Source: Escherichia coli
Lineage (GTDB): Bacteria > Pseudomonadota > Gammaproteobacteria > Enterobacterales > Enterobacteriaceae
Strand: one strand, 5' to 3'
Length of the DNA stretch: 64,000 nt
NCBI RefSeq assembly: GCF_013315695.1
Contig: NZ_CP054353.1
In this document: positions 25,619-37,835 of the stretch, piece after piece
How positions within the stretch are numbered: position 1 is the first letter of the stretch
How the letters are laid out: each line of letters begins with the position of its first letter
Program-made: the position numbers and the translations under genes
Notes under the pieces: model-generated
Told to the model about the DNA's origin: nothing
Database searches by the model: none
Seen by the model: only the letters and a program-made list of their open reading frames with translations

Positions 25619-26572
25619 CTAGAAACGAACCAGCGCGGAGCCCCAGGTGAATCCACCGCCAAAGGCTTCAAGCAGAACCAACTGCCCCGGCTTAATGCGC
25701 CCGTCGCGTACAGCTTCATCCAGAGCGCACGGGACAGAGGCCGCAGAGGTATTACCGTGGCGATCCAGCGTCACCACGACATTGTCCATCGACATACCGA
25801 GTTTTTTCGCCGTTGCACTGATAATACGCAGGTTAGCCTGATGCGGAACCAGCCAGTCCAGTTGAGAACGGTCAAGATTATTCGCCGCCAGCGTCTCATC
25901 AACGATGTGCGCCAGTTCTGTTACCGCAACCTTGAAGACTTCGTTGCCCGCCATCGTCAGATGAATTGAATTCTCTGGATTCACACGGTCAGCATTAGGC
26001 AGCGTCAGCAACTCACCATAGCTACCGTCGGCATGCAGATGGGTGGAGATGATTCCCGGCTCTTCAGAGGCAGCCAGCACCGCAGCGCCCGCGCCATCGC
26101 CAAAAATAATAATAGTCCCACGATCTGTTGGATCGCAGGTGCGCGCCAGTACATCGGAACCGACGACCAGAGCATACTTCACCGCCCCAGATTTCACGTA
26201 TTGATCGGCTACGCTTAATGCATAGGTGAAACCTGCGCAGGCTGCTGCAACGTCAAATGCCGGGCAACCTTTAATGCCCAGCATGCTTTGAATCTGACAA
26301 GCTGCGCTCGGGAAAGCGTGCGTCGCAGAAGTCGTTGCCACAACGATCAGGCCAATCTGGTCTTTCTCAATACCCGCCATCTCAATTGCGCGTGTCGCCG
26401 CTTCAAAGCCCATGGTTGAAACGGTTTCGTTTGGCGCGGCAATGTGGCGTTCGCGGATACCGGTACGAGTGACAATCCACTCGTCAGAGGTGTCCACCAT
26501 TTTTTCCAAATCGGCGTTTGTCCGCACTTGTTCGGGCAGATAGCTGCCAGTACCAATAATCTTCGTATACAT
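25619..26572 (-). CDS. fabH: 3-oxoacyl-ACP synthase III (KAS III)
   Basis: 317-aa [36 protein letters not shown]... Confidence 0.97.
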
Positions 26573-26639
26573 GTACGCTCAGTCACTTTTCGGTTATATA
26601 CCGTCACTTGCAAACTGCGAGTTCGCTGGCAGCGTCCTG

Positions 26640-27710
26640 CTACCGCAGAGTTCCGCTTTTGCCACCGTCCAGCAGCTCAAAACCAGCTGGGTATACAGAT
26701 TCCAGGCGAGCGGCAATTCGCTGAGGAACTTGTCGCTGCACCGCCTGCACTGCCTGTTCAATCGCGACCGCAAAAGCTCGCTGATTGGCTGCACCATGAC
26801 TTTTTATCACCGTGCCGCGCAATCCTAACAGACAGGCGCCGTTATACTGGTCGGGGTTGAGGTGACTGAATCGCCTCGTCAGGCTCTTTTGTAGCCAACG
26901 CTTTAATAACAGTAGCCACCACGACCGTTTTTTCCCTTCACCCTGAGATTTCAGCAGAGAAAGGAACATCCTGACAACACCTTCCATCGTCTTTAATGTG
27001 ACATTTCCTATAAAGCCGTCACAAACCAGCACATCTGTCTTGCCAGTTAACAACTCATTGGCTTCAAGATAGCCGATATAATTGATAGAAGGGATTGTTT
27101 TAAGCACCGCTGAGGCATCCCGAATACTGTCGAGACCCTTTACTTCTTCTTCACCAATATTGAGCAACGCCACGCGAGGATTAGGAATTTCCACCACCTC
27201 TTCAGCCAGAACTGAGCCCATAATGGCAAATTGCACCAACATTGTACTGTCACAATCGACGTTGGCCCCTAAATCGAGGACCACCGTTTTGCCCTTTTGC
27301 TGATGCGGTAATACCGTCACCAGCGCCGGACGCTCAATCCCCTCCAGGGGCTTGAGTAATAATTTTGCCAGCCCCATCAGCGCCCCGGTATTACCGGCAC
27401 TGACACAGGCTTGCGCTCGACCTTCTTTCACCAGCTCCAGGGCCACGCGCATTGAACTCCCACGACTGGCGCGGATAGCTTGCGAAGGCCGGGCATCACT
27501 GGCGATAACTGACTGCGCAGGAATAATCTGCAGACGCGAACGTTGTTCAAAGTCAGCTTTAGCAAGTAATGGCGTGATGGCGTCGGGATTGCCGACTAAA
27601 AGAAGAGTGAGTTGCGAATTAGAATTCAGTGCCTGCAATGCTGCAGGCACTGTCACGGAAGGGCCAAAATCCCCTCCCATGACATCTAACGCCAGGGTTA
27701 GACGTGTCAA
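26640..27710 (-). CDS. plsX: Phosphate acyltransferase PlsX
   Basis: 356-aa ORF (TTG start at 27710) [17 protein letters not shown]... Confidence 0.94.
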   Translation of the reverse strand: MTRLTLALDVMGGDFGPSVTVPAALQALNSNSQLTLLLVGNPDAITPLLAKADFEQRSRLQIIPAQSVIASDARPSQAIRASRGSSMRVALELVKEGRAQACVSAGNTGALMGLAKLLLKPLEGIERPALVTVLPHQQKGKTVVLDLGANVDCDSTMLVQFAIMGSVLAEEVVEIPNPRVALLNIGEEEVKGLDSIRDASAVLKTIPSINYIGYLEANELLTGKTDVLVCDGFIGNVTLKTMEGVVRMFLSLLKSQGEGKKRSWWLLLLKRWLQKSLTRRFSHLNPDQYNGACLLGLRGTVIKSHGAANQRAFAVAIEQAVQAVQRQVPQRIAARLESVYPAGFELLDGGKSGTLR

Positions 27711-27790
27711 GGTATCGTCGCCGCCCGGTTTGGTCTTTCCCCAGTTGCCTGGGGAAAATCCTCACTAAGCTTCATCACGCAGACGCGTGA

Positions 27791-27976
<186 letters not shown>

Positions 27977-28015
27977 TCAATTACGGTTTATCCCCGATCC
28001 AACGGGGAGCACCAA

Positions 28016-28549
<534 letters not shown>

Positions 28550-28735
28550 TTAACTTTGTAACGTCATAGAGTCAAAGAAAAAGGCAGCCTGTGGTTGCCT
28601 TTTGCCAATAATTCGCACACATTGCGGGTTACTGCTTTATTTTCGTTCAGTGCTGATAACGAACATCAATCTGCAAAACGAAGCGCATAGTTTAAAATGG
28701 CTATCATCAATACGCTATATCTGATGGAAAAAAAT

Positions 28736-29320
28736 ATGCCTAAACTTATTTTAGCCTCCACTTCGCCCTGGCGTCGCGCTCTTCTGGAAAAACTGCAAAT
28801 CTCTTTTGAATGTGCAGCACCAGAGGTCGACGAAACCCCACGCAGCGACGAATCACCGCGACAGTTGGTGCTTCGACTGGCACAAGAAAAAGCGCAATCT
28901 CTGGCGTCACGTTATCCGGATCATTTAATTATTGGTTCAGACCAGGTATGTGTTCTTGATGGCGAAATCACCGGTAAACCGTTAACGGAAGAAAATGCCC
29001 GTCTGCAATTACGCAAAGCCAGCGGCAATATCGTCACCTTCTATACTGGACTGGCGTTGTTTAATTCGGCGAATGGGCATCTGCAAACAGAAGTGGAGCC
29101 TTTTGACGTCCATTTCCGTCACCTGAGCGAGGCGGAGATTGATAATTACGTGCGTAAGGAGCATCCCCTGCACTGCGCGGGTAGCTTTAAGAGTGAAGGA
29201 TTTGGCATTACGCTGTTTGAGCGTTTAGAGGGGCGAGATCCTAACACGCTGGTTGGTTTACCGCTAATCGCGCTGTGTCAGATGTTACGTCGGGAAGGGA
29301 AAAACCCGCTGATGGGATAG
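28736..29320 (+). CDS. yceF: Maf-like nucleotide pyrophosphatase YceF
   Basis: ORF trimmed to ATG 28736 ([22 protein letters not shown]...), 194 aa. Confidence 0.9.
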
Positions 29321-29326
29321 TTGTTT

Positions 29327-29400
29327 GCGCCGGATGCGGTTACGTCGCATCCGGCAATCGGTGCTGGCGGCCTGATGCGGCGTAAACGCCTTATCAGGCC
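29327..29400. repeat. REP elements (two palindromic units) between convergent yceF and rluC
   Basis: gccggatgcggttacgtcgcatccggc and ggcctgatgcggcgtaaacgccttatcaggcc. Confidence 0.6.
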
Positions 29401-29431
29401 AACCGCCCATTATCAGGTTTATATGCTTGTA

Positions 29432-30391
29432 TTAGCGCGCGTTACGCAGCTTTTGCAAACAACGCTTCAAACCTTCATCCATCGGCGCTTCGATACGCAT
29501 CACCTCTCCGGTCCCCGGATGGGTAAATTTCAACGCTGCGGCGTGCAGGAACAGACGATTTAATCCCGTGCCGGCTTCAGTGAGCTGTCTGTCAAATTCA
29601 CGGTCACCGTAGCGATCGTCAAAGGCAATCGGATGACCCGCATACTGTGTATGCACACGGATCTGATGAGTACGCCCTGTTACCGGGCTACAACGCACCA
29701 GGGTGGCAAATGCATAGCGTTCTTCCACTTTAAAGCGTGTTTCCGACGGTTTGCCTTCCTGACTGACACGCACGATACGTTCGCCGCTTTGCAGAATATT
29801 TTTCAATAACGGCGCTTGAACGCTCTTCACATGCGACTGCCACTGACCGCGCACCAGCGCCAGGTAATCTTTTTGCATCCCTTTTTCACGTAATTGCTCA
29901 TGCAGAGAACGCAACGCCGAGCGTTTTTTCGCTACCAGCAACACACCTGAAGTGTCCCGGTCGAGACGATGAACCAGTTCAAGGAACCGCGCTTCCGGGC
30001 GCAACGCCCGCAAACCTTCGATAACGCCGAAGCTTAAACCACTGCCGCCATGTACCGCCGTACCGGAAGGTTTATTCAGCACCAGGATATGGTCATCTTC
30101 ATATAAGATGACGTCCGCCAGCGCTGCCACCTTTTGCAGATGTGGCGAAACCGCCTCTTCTTCCCGTTCAGCAACGCGAACCGGTGGGATGCGTACCTCA
30201 TCACCCGCTTCGAGTTTATATTCAGGCTTAATACGTTTTTTGTTCACCCGCACTTCGCCTTTACGCAAAATACGGTAAATCATACTTTTTGGTACACCTT
30301 TCAATTGGGTACGCAAAAAGTTATCGATACGTTGCCCCGCTTCGTCAGCGGTGATAGCAACAATTTTTACGGATGGAGTCTCTGTTTTCAT
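29432..30391 (-). CDS. rluC: 23S rRNA pseudouridine synthase RluC
   Basis: 319-aa ORF MKTETPSVKIVAITADEAGQRIDNFLRTQL...; S4 domain plus RluA-type catalytic core. Confidence 0.95.
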   Translation of the reverse strand: MKTETPSVKIVAITADEAGQRIDNFLRTQLKGVPKSMIYRILRKGEVRVNKKRIKPEYKLEAGDEVRIPPVRVAEREEEAVSPHLQKVAALADVILYEDDHILVLNKPSGTAVHGGSGLSFGVIEGLRALRPEARFLELVHRLDRDTSGVLLVAKKRSALRSLHEQLREKGMQKDYLALVRGQWQSHVKSVQAPLLKNILQSGERIVRVSQEGKPSETRFKVEERYAFATLVRCSPVTGRTHQIRVHTQYAGHPIAFDDRYGDREFDRQLTEAGTGLNRLFLHAAALKFTHPGTGEVMRIEAPMDEGLKRCLQKLRNAR

Positions 30392-30963
30392 GGTGGGCGA
30401 TTCTAATTAGCCAACAGGATTCGCGCCACTCATTTTTCTATGCTTATATTTAGTTTTGCACCTTATTACTTCACTACGTGATCACTTTATTGATGGTTAT
30501 TAAACCAATCACCAGCAAGAAGTGAAAAAACTGTGAGTAAGCAGGTGATAAATGGTAAAAGTCATCTTGCTATAACAAGGCTTGCAGTGGAATAATGAGG
30601 CCGTTTCCGTGTCCATCCTTGTTAAAACAAGAAATTTTACGGAATAACCCATTTTGCCCGACCGATCATCCACGCAGCAATGGCGTAAGACGTATTGATC
30701 TTTCAGGCAGTTAGCGGGCTGCGGGTTGCAGTCCTTACCGGTAGATGGAAATATTTCTGGAGAGTAATACCCAGTCTGTTTCTTTGATAATTGCGCTGTT
30801 TTTCCGCATGAAAAACGGGCAACCGACACTCTGCGCCTCTTTGAGCTGACGATAACCGTGAGGTTGGCGACGCGACTAGACACGAGGCCATCGGTTCACA
30901 CCCGGAAAGGCGTTACTTTGCCCGCAGCTTAGTCGTCAATGTAAGAATAATGAGTAAGTTACG
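30392..30963 (+). promoter_or_regulatory. rne promoter region and long structured 5' leader (RNase E autoregulation)
   Basis: 572-bp non-coding spacer upstream of the rne ATG at 30964; function from established knowledge of rne autoregulation. Confidence 0.6.
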
Positions 30964-33900
30964 ATGAAAAGAATGTTAATCAACGCAACTCAGCAGGAAG
31001 AGTTGCGCGTTGCCCTTGTAGATGGGCAGCGTCTGTATGACCTGGATATCGAAAGTCCAGGGCACGAGCAGAAAAAGGCAAACATCTACAAAGGTAAAAT
31101 CACCCGCATTGAACCGAGTCTGGAAGCTGCTTTTGTTGATTATGGCGCTGAACGTCACGGTTTCCTCCCACTAAAAGAAATTGCCCGCGAATATTTCCCT
31201 GCTAACTACAGTGCTCATGGTCGTCCCAACATTAAAGATGTGTTGCGTGAAGGTCAGGAAGTCATTGTTCAGATCGATAAAGAAGAGCGCGGCAACAAAG
31301 GCGCGGCATTAACCACCTTTATCAGTCTGGCGGGTAGCTATCTGGTTCTGATGCCGAACAACCCGCGCGCGGGTGGCATTTCTCGTCGTATCGAAGGCGA
31401 CGACCGTACCGAATTAAAAGAAGCACTGGCAAGCCTTGAACTGCCGGAAGGCATGGGGCTTATCGTGCGCACCGCTGGCGTCGGCAAATCTGCTGAGGCG
31501 CTGCAATGGGATTTAAGCTTCCGTCTGAAACACTGGGAAGCCATCAAAAAAGCCGCTGAAAGCCGCCCGGCTCCGTTCCTGATTCATCAGGAGAGCAACG
31601 TAATCGTTCGCGCATTCCGCGATTACTTACGTCAGGACATCGGCGAAATCCTTATCGATAACCCGAAAGTGCTCGAACTGGCACGCCAGCATATCGCTGC
31701 ATTAGGTCGCCCGGATTTCAGCAGCAAAATCAAACTGTACACCGGCGAGATCCCGCTGTTCAGCCACTACCAGATCGAGTCACAGATTGAGTCCGCCTTC
31801 CAGCGTGAAGTTCGTCTGCCATCCGGTGGTTCCATTGTTATCGACAGCACCGAAGCGTTAACCGCCATCGACATCAACTCCGCACGCGCGACCCGCGGCG
31901 GCGATATCGAAGAAACCGCGTTTAACACCAACCTCGAAGCTGCCGATGAGATTGCTCGTCAGCTGCGCCTGCGTGACCTCGGCGGCCTGATTGTTATCGA
32001 CTTCATCGACATGACGCCAGTACGCCACCAGCGTGCGGTAGAAAATCGTCTGCGTGAAGCGGTGCGTCAGGACCGTGCGCGTATTCAAATCAGCCATATT
32101 TCTCGCTTTGGCCTGCTGGAAATGTCCCGTCAGCGTCTGAGCCCATCACTGGGTGAATCCAGCCATCACGTCTGCCCGCGCTGCTCCGGTACCGGTACCG
32201 TGCGTGACAACGAATCGTTGTCGCTCTCTATTCTGCGTCTGATCGAAGAAGAAGCGCTGAAAGAGAACACTCAGGAAGTTCACGCCATTGTTCCTGTGCC
32301 AATCGCGTCTTACCTGCTGAATGAAAAACGTTCTGCAGTGAATGCGATTGAAACTCGTCAGGACGGCGTGCGCTGTGTGATTGTGCCAAACGATCAGATG
32401 GAAACCCCGCACTACCATGTGCTGCGCGTGCGTAAAGGGGAAGAAACTCCAACCTTAAGCTACATGCTGCCGAAGCTGCATGAAGAAGCGATGGCGCTGC
32501 CGTCTGAAGAAGAGTTCGCTGAACGTAAGCGTCCGGAACAACCTGCGCTGGCAACCTTTGCCATGCCGGATGTGCCGCCAGCTCCAACCCCAGCTGAACC
32601 TGCCGCGCCTGTTGTAGCCCCAGCACCTAAAGCTGCAACGGCAACACCAGCATCTCCTGCACAACCAGGGTTGTTGAGCCGCTTCTTCGGCGCACTGAAA
32701 GCGCTGTTCAGCGGTGGTGAAGAAACCAAACCGGCCGAGCAACCAGCACCGAAAGCAGAAGCGAAACCGGAACGTCAACAGGATCGTCGCAAGCCTCGTC
32801 AGAACAACCGCCGTGACCGTAATGAGCGCCGCGACTCCCGTAGTGAACGTACAGAAGGCAGCGATAATCGCGAAGAAAACCGTCGTAATCGTCGCCAGGC
32901 ACAGCAGCAGACTGTCGAGACGCGTGAGAGCCGTCAGCAGGCTGAGGTAACGGAAAAAGCGCGTACCAGCGACGAGCAGCAAGCGCCGCGTCGTGAACGT
33001 AGCCGCCGCCGTAACGATGATAAACGTCAGGCGCAACAAGAAGCGAAGGCGCTGAATGTTGAAGAGCAATCTGTTCAGGAAACCGAACAGGAAGAACGTG
33101 TACGTCCGGTTCAGCCGCGTCGTAAACAGCGTCAGCTCAATCAGAAAGTGCGTTACGAGCAAAGCGTAGCCGAAGAAGCGGTAGTCGCACCGGTGGTTGA
33201 AGAAACTGTCGCTGGCGAACCAATTGTTCAGGAAGCGCCAGCTCCACGCACAGAACTGGTGAAAGTCCCGCTGCCAGTCGTAGCGCAAGCTGCACCAGAA
33301 CAGCAAGAAGAGAACAATGCCGATAACCGTGACAACGGTGGCATGCCGCGTCGTTCTCGCCGCTCGCCTCGTCACCTGCGCGTGAGTGGTCAGCGTCGTC
33401 GTCGCTATCGTGACGAGCGTTATCCAACCCAATCGCCAATGCCGTTGACCGTAGCGTGCGCGTCTCCGGAACTGGCCTCTGGCAAAGTCTGGATCCGCTA
33501 TCCGATTGTACGTCCACAAGATGTACAGGTTGAAGAGCAGCGCGAACAGGAAGAAGTACAAGTGCAGCCGATGGTGACTGAGGTCCCTGTCGCCGCCGCT
33601 GTCGAACCGGTTGTTAGCGCACCGGTTGTTGAAGAAGTGGCTGAAGTCGTAGAAGCCCCCGTTCACGTTGCCGAACCGCAACCGGAAGTGGTTGAAACGA
33701 CGCATCCTGAAGTAATTGCCGCCGCGGTAACTGAACAGCCGCAGGTGATTACCGAGTCTGATGTTGCCGTAGCCCAGGAAGTTGCAGAACACGCAGAACC
33801 GGTAGTTGAACCGCAGGAAGAGACGGCAGATATTGAAGAAGTTGCCGAAACTGCTGAGGTTGTGGTTGCTGAACCTGAAGTTGTTGCTCAACCTGCCGCG

Positions 33901-34149
33901 CCAGTCGTCGCTGAAGTCGCAGCAGAAGTTGAAACGGTAGCCGCGGTTGAACCAGAGATCACCGTTGAGCATAACCACGCTACCGCGCCAATGACGCGCG
34001 CTCCGGCACCGGAATATGTTCCGGAGGCACCGCGTCACAGTGACTGGCAGCGCCCTACTTTTGCCTTCGAAGGCAAAGGTGCCGCAGGTGGTCATACGGC
34101 AACGCATCATGCCTCTGCCGCTCCTGCGCGTCCGCAACCTGTTGAGTAA
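30964..34149 (+). CDS. rne: Ribonuclease E
   Basis: 1061-aa [33 protein letters not shown]...; catalytic N-terminal half and Arg-rich/acidic low-complexity C-terminal scaffold. Confidence 0.98.
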   Translation: MKRMLINATQQEELRVALVDGQRLYDLDIESPGHEQKKANIYKGKITRIEPSLEAAFVDYGAERHGFLPLKEIAREYFPANYSAHGRPNIKDVLREGQEVIVQIDKEERGNKGAALTTFISLAGSYLVLMPNNPRAGGISRRIEGDDRTELKEALASLELPEGMGLIVRTAGVGKSAEALQWDLSFRLKHWEAIKKAAESRPAPFLIHQESNVIVRAFRDYLRQDIGEILIDNPKVLELARQHIAALGRPDFSSKIKLYTGEIPLFSHYQIESQIESAFQREVRLPSGGSIVIDSTEALTAIDINSARATRGGDIEETAFNTNLEAADEIARQLRLRDLGGLIVIDFIDMTPVRHQRAVENRLREAVRQDRARIQISHISRFGLLEMSRQRLSPSLGESSHHVCPRCSGTGTVRDNESLSLSILRLIEEEALKENTQEVHAIVPVPIASYLLNEKRSAVNAIETRQDGVRCVIVPNDQMETPHYHVLRVRKGEETPTLSYMLPKLHEEAMALPSEEEFAERKRPEQPALATFAMPDVPPAPTPAEPAAPVVAPAPKAATATPASPAQPGLLSRFFGALKALFSGGEETKPAEQPAPKAEAKPERQQDRRKPRQNNRRDRNERRDSRSERTEGSDNREENRRNRRQAQQQTVETRESRQQAEVTEKARTSDEQQAPRRERSRRRNDDKRQAQQEAKALNVEEQSVQETEQEERVRPVQPRRKQRQLNQKVRYEQSVAEEAVVAPVVEETVAGEPIVQEAPAPRTELVKVPLPVVAQAAPEQQEENNADNRDNGGMPRRSRRSPRHLRVSGQRRRRYRDERYPTQSPMPLTVACASPELASGKVWIRYPIVRPQDVQVEEQREQEEVQVQPMVTEVPVAAAVEPVVSAPVVEEVAEVVEAPVHVAEPQPEVVETTHPEVIAAAVTEQPQVITESDVAVAQEVAEHAEPVVEPQEETADIEEVAETAEVVVAEPEVVAQPAAPVVAEVAAEVETVAAVEPEITVEHNHATAPMTRAPAPEYVPEAPRHSDWQRPTFAFEGKGAAGGHTATHHASAAPARPQPVE

Positions 34150-34168
34150 TAATTAGCTCAAGTAATCA

Positions 34169-34196
34169 AGCCCTGGTAACTGCCAGGGCTTTTTTA
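34169..34196 (+). terminator. rne intrinsic terminator
   Basis: Stem gccctgg/ccagggc followed by tttttattt, 20 bp after the rne stop. Confidence 0.75.
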
Positions 34197-34222
34197 TTTC
34201 AGGGGTAGCATCTTTGCTGTAA

Positions 34223-34251
34223 TGACATTAGCGTTACATGTGCTGTATAAT
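34223..34251 (+). promoter_or_regulatory. Putative sigma-70 promoter of the toxin-antitoxin operon with overlapping inverted repeats
   Basis: TGACAT (34223..34228), 17-bp spacer, TATAAT (34246..34251); palindromes TAATGaCATTA, ACATGT and ATAATTAT in and around it. Confidence 0.45.
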
Positions 34252-34282
34252 TATCATCCACGCAAAGCCGAAGGATATATTT

Positions 34283-35067
<785 letters not shown>

Positions 35068-35083
35068 TTCGTTATGTCTCATG

Positions 35084-35118
35084 CAAAAAAATGCCCGCCC
35101 CGGCGATCCCAGAGCAGG
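35084..35118 (-). terminator. Probable flgL terminator
   Basis: On the minus strand an imperfect GC-rich hairpin (ugccugc...gcgggca) followed by U7; the plus strand has no U-tract. Confidence 0.35.
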
Positions 35119-35161
35119 CAGACAAAACATACCCAGTTTCATGATATGTTTTAAAGCGAAA

Positions 35162-36115
35162 TTATTTGTTGAGCTGGAAGAGCGACAATCCCTGCATATC
35201 GGTAAATGCTTTATACGACGCCTGCAATGCCGTTTGCTGCATGATGTAAGATGAAATAGTTGCATTCCAGTCCACATCAACCAGATCGCTCATCTGCTGC
35301 GTTTGCCCTAAAGCGCGATCGCTACCTAATGAATCCAGCGACTCCAGTTCGTTCAGCTGCGTGCCTAATTCCGCGCGAACAGTCAGCACATTGTTCAGCG
35401 AGTTTTTCAGTCCGCGGTTGGTTTTATCCAGTGCCGCAGCGGCGGTTTCTTTATCCGCTTCGCTATCCGCGACCGGCGTTTTCAGGGCTGCGATGGCGCT
35501 ATCCAGCATGGCAAAAAGATTGGTTTCAGAAGCGCTACCGTCTGGTTCCGCTACCGCGTTGCTGGTAATACTGTCGAAAATTTTGTCACCCGTGTGCCCT
35601 ATCACCATCGAACGCGAAGCATCGACCTGTTGTTTAATACTTTCTGCTCCGCCTTCGTATTTGCCATCCGCCTCGCTAAACGGTGCGGATTCTGTTTTAT
35701 AACCGGCAAAAATGTAGCGCCCGTTACCGTCAGTGGTGTTCGCCAGATTCAGCAACTGGTCACGAAGCCCCTGAATATCCGTAGCCAGCGAGGCCCGGTC
35801 ATCGTCACTCAAGGTGCCATTGCTGGCGTAGACAATTTTTTCCTGAGCATTCTGGATAGCGGTGGTGACCTGGCTAAGTACACTCTCTTCCAGTGACACT
35901 TTTTGAGTGGCGAAAGTACGCGCCAGCGTGTACTGGCTGTTTTGCGCCTGTGCCTGGGAGAGAACAACAGCTTGTGATGCAGCAATGGGATCATCTGAAG
36001 AGTTAACGACTCGCTTACCCGTCGACATCTGTTCACCGTACTTCATCCATTCTGCCTGAGAATTGGTGATGCCGCGCATGTTTTGCTGGTACATCATCTG
36101 GGTACTGAAACGCAT
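35162..36115 (-). CDS. flgL: Flagellar hook-filament junction protein FlgL
   Basis: 317-aa ORF MRFSTQMMYQQNMRGITNSQAEW... Confidence 0.95.
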   Translation of the reverse strand: MRFSTQMMYQQNMRGITNSQAEWMKYGEQMSTGKRVVNSSDDPIAASQAVVLSQAQAQNSQYTLARTFATQKVSLEESVLSQVTTAIQNAQEKIVYASNGTLSDDDRASLATDIQGLRDQLLNLANTTDGNGRYIFAGYKTESAPFSEADGKYEGGAESIKQQVDASRSMVIGHTGDKIFDSITSNAVAEPDGSASETNLFAMLDSAIAALKTPVADSEADKETAAAALDKTNRGLKNSLNNVLTVRAELGTQLNELESLDSLGSDRALGQTQQMSDLVDVDWNATISSYIMQQTALQASYKAFTDMQGLSLFQLNK

Positions 36116-36126
36116 TTTATCTCCCC

Positions 36127-37770
36127 TTAGCGAATGTTAATCAGCGCATCAAAAATCGCGTTTGCCGTCTGCAGAACCTGCGCATTCGCGAGGTAATACT
36201 GCTGAAAACGTTGCAGATTTCCGTACTCCTCATCGAGATTGACACCGGAAATCGACTGCTGCTGATTGGAAAGCTGCGTCACCACATTACCTTGCGTGGC
36301 GCTACTGGTTTTCAACGTCGCGGTTTTATTACCGATATCACTCACTAACGAGGCATAAGCGTCGTTAAAGGATTTCGCACCGCCCACCGTTTTACTGTTG
36401 CTTTGCAGATCCAGCAGGGCCTGACCGTTGCGGTTGTCGCTATCACCCGCATCTTCTGCGCTCGCCATGGCGATTTTCGCTTCGTCAGTGATTAATACAT
36501 CCATGTTGACGATGGCGTCACTTACCGGTTTCAACGTGAAGCTGTCGTTAACGGCAGGCGTTCCTGTAAACGTCAACTCCAGACCATCAAATGCCACTTT
36601 ACCGTTGGCATCCGGCGTCACCGTAAAAGTGGTATTGCTGGCAAGGCGGGTGACCTGCCACTGATTATTATCGAACGAGATTTTGTAATCTGTCGCCAGT
36701 ACCGCGGAGGCATCAGTTACCGTTGCACCGATCGAAACGTCACCTTTGTTTTTCGTGTTTTGCAGAACCGCGGGCTTACCGATAGCAAAGAAATCTTCAC
36801 CGGCATCGCCGTTAGCATCAAATCCGGCTTTGTGTTGGGTGTTGAAAGCCTCGGCAAATGCCAGCGCCAGTTGTCCGAGCGTATTACGCGTCTGGTCCAG
36901 ATCCTGAGAACGGAATGTCAGAATGCCGCCCAGCGACCCGGTATTCAGTAATTTCTCCGGGATCTCAATATTGCCAGCCGTCCCATCAATATAAGCGACA
37001 GTCGTACGAGAAGGGTCGGCGCTGGAAGGAACTGCCGCCAGCTGCCGCGCCGTACTTCCCTGAACCAGTGAGTAGCCATTGGCCATCGTGATGTTATAAG
37101 TGCCACCATCCTGAACGCTAACTTCTACGCCAACAATCTGGTTTAATTCACTCACCAGTTGATCGCGTTGATCCAGCAGATTGTTAGGTGACGCCCCTGC
37201 CCCCACGCCTGTCAGACGCGAGATTTGATCGTTCAGGCTGGCGATTTGTTTAGCGTAATTGTTGATCTGATCAACGCTGGCACCTATCGCGATATTGACC
37301 TGTTTGTCCTGGTCGCGCAGATATTGATCGGTGGTTTTAAACTGATTCACCAACCCTTCTGATTTTCCAATCAGCGCCTGGCGCGCTGCCGGGTCTTCCG
37401 CGTTACTCACCAGCGTTTGCAGGCTGGTGAAGAAATCCTGCATCTGTGTTGCCAGCGAAGAGGTACTGGTGGAGAGCATATTGTCGATTTTCGACATCTG
37501 CTCATAGCGGGCAGTCAGGCCGCTACTTTGCGTCTGCGCAGCACGTAACTGGTTGGTAATAAACGCATCATACTCACGCTGCACACCAGAAACGTAGACG
37601 CCATTGCCAACCCAGCCGCCAGCGCCCAACGTGCTATTGGCCTGCGCCATAATAGTGGTTTGGCGGGTATATCCGGCAACGTTATAGCTAGAGATATTAT
37701 TACTTGCCGTATTTAACGCCGCCTGGGCCGCGTTCAGTCCGCTCATGGCGTTATTGATCAAGCTGGACAT
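36127..37770 (-). CDS. flgK: Flagellar hook-associated protein 1 FlgK
   Basis: 547-aa ORF MSSLINNAMSGLNAAQAALNTASNNISSYNVAGYTRQ... Confidence 0.95.
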   Translation of the reverse strand: MSSLINNAMSGLNAAQAALNTASNNISSYNVAGYTRQTTIMAQANSTLGAGGWVGNGVYVSGVQREYDAFITNQLRAAQTQSSGLTARYEQMSKIDNMLSTSTSSLATQMQDFFTSLQTLVSNAEDPAARQALIGKSEGLVNQFKTTDQYLRDQDKQVNIAIGASVDQINNYAKQIASLNDQISRLTGVGAGASPNNLLDQRDQLVSELNQIVGVEVSVQDGGTYNITMANGYSLVQGSTARQLAAVPSSADPSRTTVAYIDGTAGNIEIPEKLLNTGSLGGILTFRSQDLDQTRNTLGQLALAFAEAFNTQHKAGFDANGDAGEDFFAIGKPAVLQNTKNKGDVSIGATVTDASAVLATDYKISFDNNQWQVTRLASNTTFTVTPDANGKVAFDGLELTFTGTPAVNDSFTLKPVSDAIVNMDVLITDEAKIAMASAEDAGDSDNRNGQALLDLQSNSKTVGGAKSFNDAYASLVSDIGNKTATLKTSSATQGNVVTQLSNQQQSISGVNLDEEYGNLQRFQQYYLANAQVLQTANAIFDALINIR

Positions 37771-37803
37771 GGAGGTTCCTTATAAGCCTTCAATTACAGA
37801 GTA

Positions 37804-37835
37804 TTATCGGCAGCGACCCGCCGGACTTGAGTTAT
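37804..37835 (-). promoter_or_regulatory. Sigma-28 (class 3) promoter for flgKL
   Basis: Perfect -10 GCCGATAA on the minus strand (plus-strand ttatcggc at 37804..37811); -35 element is weak (TCAA). Confidence 0.5.

Noticed and set aside
25088-25969. 293-aa plus-strand ORF antisense to fabD and fabH
   Set aside because: Spans the fabD/fabH junction on the opposite strand of two highly conserved genes; no start context and no recognisable domain.
33500-34100. Possible DNA tandem repeat or CRISPR-like periodicity in the 3' part of rne
   Set aside because: The repetition is at the protein level (acidic E/V/A/P-rich scaffold); there are no regular direct DNA repeats with unique spacers and no cas genes anywhere in the window.
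32455-34137. 560-aa ORF on the minus strand antisense to the 3' half of rne
   Set aside because: Lies entirely within the well-supported rne reading frame; the repetitive, codon-biased C-terminal scaffold of RNase E leaves long stop-free antisense frames. The translation is low-complexity (Arg/Phe/Leu-rich) with no recognisable domain.
34238-34282. ORF-track N-terminal extension of the antitoxin (MCCIIIIHAKPKDIF...)
   Set aside because: The ATG at 34238 lies inside the predicted promoter just before the -10 hexamer and has no ribosome-binding site; the ATG at 34283 has AAGGA at proper spacing and begins the RHH domain.
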